This document shows positions 60,494 through 64,000 of a DNA stretch of 64,000 nt, in pieces; position 1 is the stretch's first letter, and each line of letters begins with the position of its first letter. A program made the translations under genes and the position numbers. Source of the stretch: Vicugna vicugna (lineage: Eukaryota); assembly GCA_013265495.1 (NCBI GenBank), contig MU058687.1, forward strand, positions 2,420,001-2,484,000, given 5' to 3'. The notes below the pieces were generated by a model. That model searched no databases. It was not told the DNA's origin and saw only the letters and a list, made by a program, of their open reading frames with translations.

Positions 60494-61156
60494 CAGGCAC
60501 TCCTGAGATACTGCAGATTCAGTTCCTGACCACCACAAAAAAACAAATACTGCAAAAAAGTGAGTCACATGAATTTTTTGGTCTCCTTATGCACATATAT
60601 AAAAGTTATGTTTACATTGTACTGTAGTCTATTAAGTGTGCAATAACATTATGTCTAAAAAACAATTTACATACCTTAATTTAAAAATACTTTATTGAGG
60701 GGGGAGGGTGTAGTTCAGTGGTAGAGTATGTGCTTAGCATGAATGAGGTCCTGGGTTCAATTCCCAGTACCTCCGTTAAAATAAACAAATAAATTAATTA
60801 AATAAACCTAATTCCTCCCCCCCCCCAAAAAAACAAAAACAAAAAGAACTTTTCATGTTTTAAAAAAATACCATATTGTTAAAAAATGCGAACCATCATC
60901 TAAGCCTTCAGGGGATTATGGGAGTAGCATCAAAGATCACTGATCCCAGATCACCATAACAAATACAATAATAATGAAACAGTTTGAAATATTGGGAGAA
61001 TCACCAAAATGTGACAGATCCAGGAAGTAAGCAAATGCTACTGGAAAAATAGTGCCAATAGATTTGCGTGACGCAGGGTTGCCACAAACCTTCAGTCTGT
61101 TAAAAAAAAAAAAACAACACTGTCTGTGAAGAGCAATAAAAAGAGGTTTCCGCCTG
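60494..61156 (-). mobile_element. Second Tigger1-derived MITE, inside a MIR and carrying a SINE
   Basis: TA then CAGGCAC...GATTCAGTTCCTGACCACC; ends GAGGTTTCCGCCTG. MIR sequence on both sides (~60390-60490 and ~61157-61265). Confidence 0.88.
60698..60863 (+). mobile_element. Camelid tRNA-derived SINE (Vic-1-like)
   Basis: GGGGAGGGTGTAGTTCAGTGGTAGAG (A box)...GGGTTCAATTCCC (B box)...AAATAAACCTAATTCCTCCCCC, A-rich tail. TSD AAAAATACTTTATTG (60683-60697) / AAAAATACCATATTG (60864-60878). Confidence 0.92.
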
Positions 61157-61501
61157 AAATAGTAACACTTTCCTCTGTGAATGAGTGTGAGGGTGAATGA
61201 CAGAGAATGTCACCAGCTTGCCCAGCGCTGGCACAGCCTAAGTGTTCTCTAAATGCTGGATAGTGCTGGTAAGAGCCCTGGAACCAAGGGGCAAAACGTA
61301 AGGAGTGACTTCTTCCAGACGGAAGACGGACTATCTAGCTGCAGAATTTCGGGCATCAGTAAGCAAGTAAGAGGCAAGAAGAGCTTTTTGGTGACGCTCA
61401 AGTCACACTACTTTCAGCCCTGCCCAGGAGACTGGTGACTAAGTATAGTAACAATGGTTCGCACCTAGAAGCACTTCCCGTTTGCCTGTACTGTTCAAAG
61501 T

Positions 61502-61723
61502 CAAGGCTCAGCAAACTTTAGTTCCTGGGCAAATGGGGCCCACCATCTGTTTTTGAAACTCGAGCTTTACCGGAACACAGCCACACTTGTTTGTTTCCAT
61601 ATCGTCTACAGCTGCTGTCCCATTCCACTGGCAGAACTGAGGAGCTGCATTAGAGATTATCTGGGCTGCAAAGCCTAAAATATTTACTATCTGGCCCTTC
61701 CCAGAAGAATTTTCTCACCACTG
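61502..61723 (+). mobile_element. MER58A MITE inside an antisense MIR (~61440-61880)
   Basis: CAGCAAACT...GGAACACAGCCAC...GCAAAGCCTAAAATATTTACTATCTGGCCCTT. Confidence 0.88.
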
Positions 61724-61926
61724 TTTTAAGGACTTGGCACACTTAATTTTATTTAATCCTTATCATATATCTAGAAATAGGTGATTGCTGTCCCCATTTA
61801 ATAGATGGAAAATTTGAGGTCAGAGAGGCAAAATAACTAACTAGCCGTTCAATTCTGAATGCAGGCAATGCAGCGCCAGAATCTGGGATCATAACAACTA
61901 CATGAGGAGGGACTTCTCTCCAGGAT

Positions 61927-62120
61927 TGGGTTGTCAATCTTAACAAATAAAAATGCAGGACACCAGTTAAATTTGAATTTCAGATAAACAACAAATAATT
62001 CTCTTTAGTATAAGTATGGCCCACGAGATATTTGGGATATATTCATACTAAAAAAAGAAAAAGGTTTTTACCTGAAATTCACATTTAACTGGATGTTGTA
62101 TATTTCAACTGGCGATCCCA
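61927..62120. mobile_element. MER53 palindromic hAT MITE
   Basis: CCAGTTAAATTTGAATTTCAGATAAAC ... TTTACCTGAAATTCACATTTAACTGG inverted arms around TAGTATAAGTATG...CATACTAA. Confidence 0.85.
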
Positions 62121-62489
62121 CTAAGGACCCTGGGAGGAAGGAGAGCTCAGCCACGCAAGCGGTCACAGCAGGCCTGGGAAGAAGCCAATGTTCCTGGGTC
62201 CTATTCCTGGGAAGGTCTCTTCCCACAGCCATATTTCCTCCATGGGATCCCCTATGCATCTTAGTCCCTTTGTCCCACAAAGGTGACTTTCACAAGGTTC
62301 TTGGGGGTCTCTTGGGAGCCATGGCCACACCGCTTCAGACCCAAGCAGCCAGCAGCAGAGAGACAAACTTGGGGGACCCTTCTCTCTGGTCCAAGGCCAA
62401 GTATCACTCCTTTCCCTCGAAATCCCTTGCATCCTCCTCTCCTCCCTTCCTCCTGTTTTTCTGGCCAAAGGCCATGCCAGGCCCTCTCT

Positions 62490-63400
62490 CCCTTTGAGAT
62501 TGCATAGGAGTTTTAAAAAGAGGGAAAAAATACGGCAAGTCACAGTGACAGCAATCCAAGGCCAGAGTGGGTAAGGGGGGTGTGGGCAGAAAGAGAAAGA
62601 GAGATGAGAGGTGGGGGATGGGAGAGGGCCGTCTAATTTTTAATAGACTGAGACATAAATGCAACATGATTCACTTTGAGCAGGCCACCTGGATTAGATG
62701 GAAGTTAATTAAAACAATCCCTCATTTCTCAGCGCTTAAAACTTCTTAAGTCTCACTTGGGGAAGGGTGCGGCAGGACTTTTTTATTACTCTTAGATGGT
62801 GTTCAGAAGGCCCATAAATACATCTCCTCTTCCTGTGATCCCATTAATCTTGCCGCCTCTCCTGCTCCTCTCTGCCAACAATCAGATCCCAGTAAACAAC
62901 CTCAAGTGAAATTTGCAACTGTCAGATAAACATTAAAAATGCTTCTCTTGTCCTTTCCCATTGATAGTCCCATTAATATTGTAATGGAACAAAAAGTTAT
63001 GAAAATGAATGCATGCTGGTTTTGGAAATGAATGATGCCGACCGCTGCTGGGATATAGACACACATGCATATGGATGGGCTTGGAAGATAGTGGATGCTG
63101 CCCACATCCTCAGTGGGGCTGCGTCCTGATAGGCCTGGCAACGCGCGCACCAGGGACCAAGGACAGCCGCGCACACTGCTGGGTACACACGTGTCCACAC
63201 GTGTCAGGGCGGGGAGGGCTCCTAAATGGAATAGAGGAATTCCACCCCAGAAACTACTGTAAACACACACTCACCACTCGGCCTTATACAGAGGAAAATA
63301 TTACGATTTCTCTTTTATCATTGCTTCTCTCCTCCCTTATCTGTTTACCATCAGGGGTTGGGATTCTCTCTAAAGATACTATGATACCCCAATTGATAAG
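62490..63400. promoter_or_regulatory. Candidate conserved non-coding block
   Basis: About 0.9 kb without a recognisable repeat; CTAATTTTTAAT, GGATTA, GTTAATTAAAACAAT, CCCATAAATA (62811), two CCCATTAAT, CTGTCAGATAA. Confidence 0.45.
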
Positions 63401-63734
63401 GCTGTCTTGACGTTTCTTCCTCATTTATTTTCCATGCAGTGGCCTGTTAAATGCACATGCATGTTCCTGCATGTGTGTTTATCTATCTGACGAAAGAGGC
63501 CTTAAAATCTGGAGGTATATAATACATGGAAACTTTGTAAGAAGTAACTTCCTACGGAGTACTTTAGGTCAAAGAATCTGATGTGGGAGATGAGTTCAAG
63601 TTTTATGTAAATTCAAGTTCACTAGGAGAGAACAATAAAACAACAACAGAAACAAAAAATCCTTGCACCGAAACCTTTTGTAGAGGGATGTGAATAACCA
63701 TCTCATTGAGGCCTGGCCATTGGCTCTTGGTGGA

Positions 63735-63820
63735 TAAGGAGGACTTGTGTTTTTACTCATCCTTGTAACCCAGCCCCTAGCATAGTGCCTGGCACTTAGT
63801 AGAAAGGAGCTCAAGATAGG
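63735..63820 (+). mobile_element. L2 3' end fragment
   Basis: CCCAGCCCCTAGCATAGTGCCTGGCACTTAGTAG. Confidence 0.75.
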
Positions 63821-64000
63821 TGATGCGGTAGAGAGGGGGAGGAGAAAGGAAGGGAGGGAGAGATGTCCGCGTTGCTCTTCCTCTGGAGGGAAGTCTCTCT
63901 CTACCTGCCAGCAAGGCAGGAGACGGCGCTTAGCATGTTAACATCCAGGAAGGTCGACCTGAAGGTGGAGTGGACGGGAAGCAGGACCTGGCCCGTCTTG

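Noticed and set aside
60700..60775. tRNA-like sequence with A and B boxes (also 14975-15047)
   Set aside because: Followed by SINE body, A-tail and TSD, so these are SINE heads, not tRNA genes.
1..64000. Prokaryotic-type systems (CRISPR arrays, operons, defence islands) or a host gene assignment
   Set aside because: Sequence is mammalian and dominated by interspersed repeats. No regularly spaced repeats, no credible spliced coding exons, and no landmark that lets me name the locus.

Overview
Repeat-rich, apparently non-coding mammalian DNA, very likely from a camelid (camel, alpaca or llama). The evidence is two copies of a tRNA-derived SINE matching the camelid Vic-1 family (14891-15047 minus, 60698-60863 plus) and lineage-type L1 3' ends. 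I found no credible host protein-coding exon, RNA gene or CRISPR-like array. The supplied ORFs are either chance frames or decayed L1 ORF1/ORF2. Much of the window is interspersed repeats: L1, L2, CR1/L3, MIR, MaLR/ERVL/ERV1 LTRs, and hAT and Tigger DNA transposons, often nested and several with readable target-site duplications (TSDs). Between them lie repeat-free blocks rich in homeodomain motifs (about 13.8-14.0, 17.9-18.5, 28.2-28.4, 33.0-33.3, 42.5-43.0, 54.2-54.4 and 62.5-63.4 kb) that look like conserved non-coding enhancers of a gene desert or large intron. The most notable observations are: (1) a ~750-bp ancient CR1/L3 reverse-transcriptase fossil at ~7.78-8.53 kb that carries a dense cluster of posterior-HOX/CDX and PBX-HOX motifs (possible exapted enhancer); (2) an L1 with a short twin-priming-type inversion from the distant endonuclease domain; (3) a TSD-flanked chimeric L1 with a swapped 3' tail; (4) a near-identical tract shared by two otherwise diverged Tigger1 MITEs. 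I do not see a new multi-gene biological system. Repeat family names come from recognising consensus sequences by eye, not from a database search, and boundaries are approximate unless a TSD is quoted.
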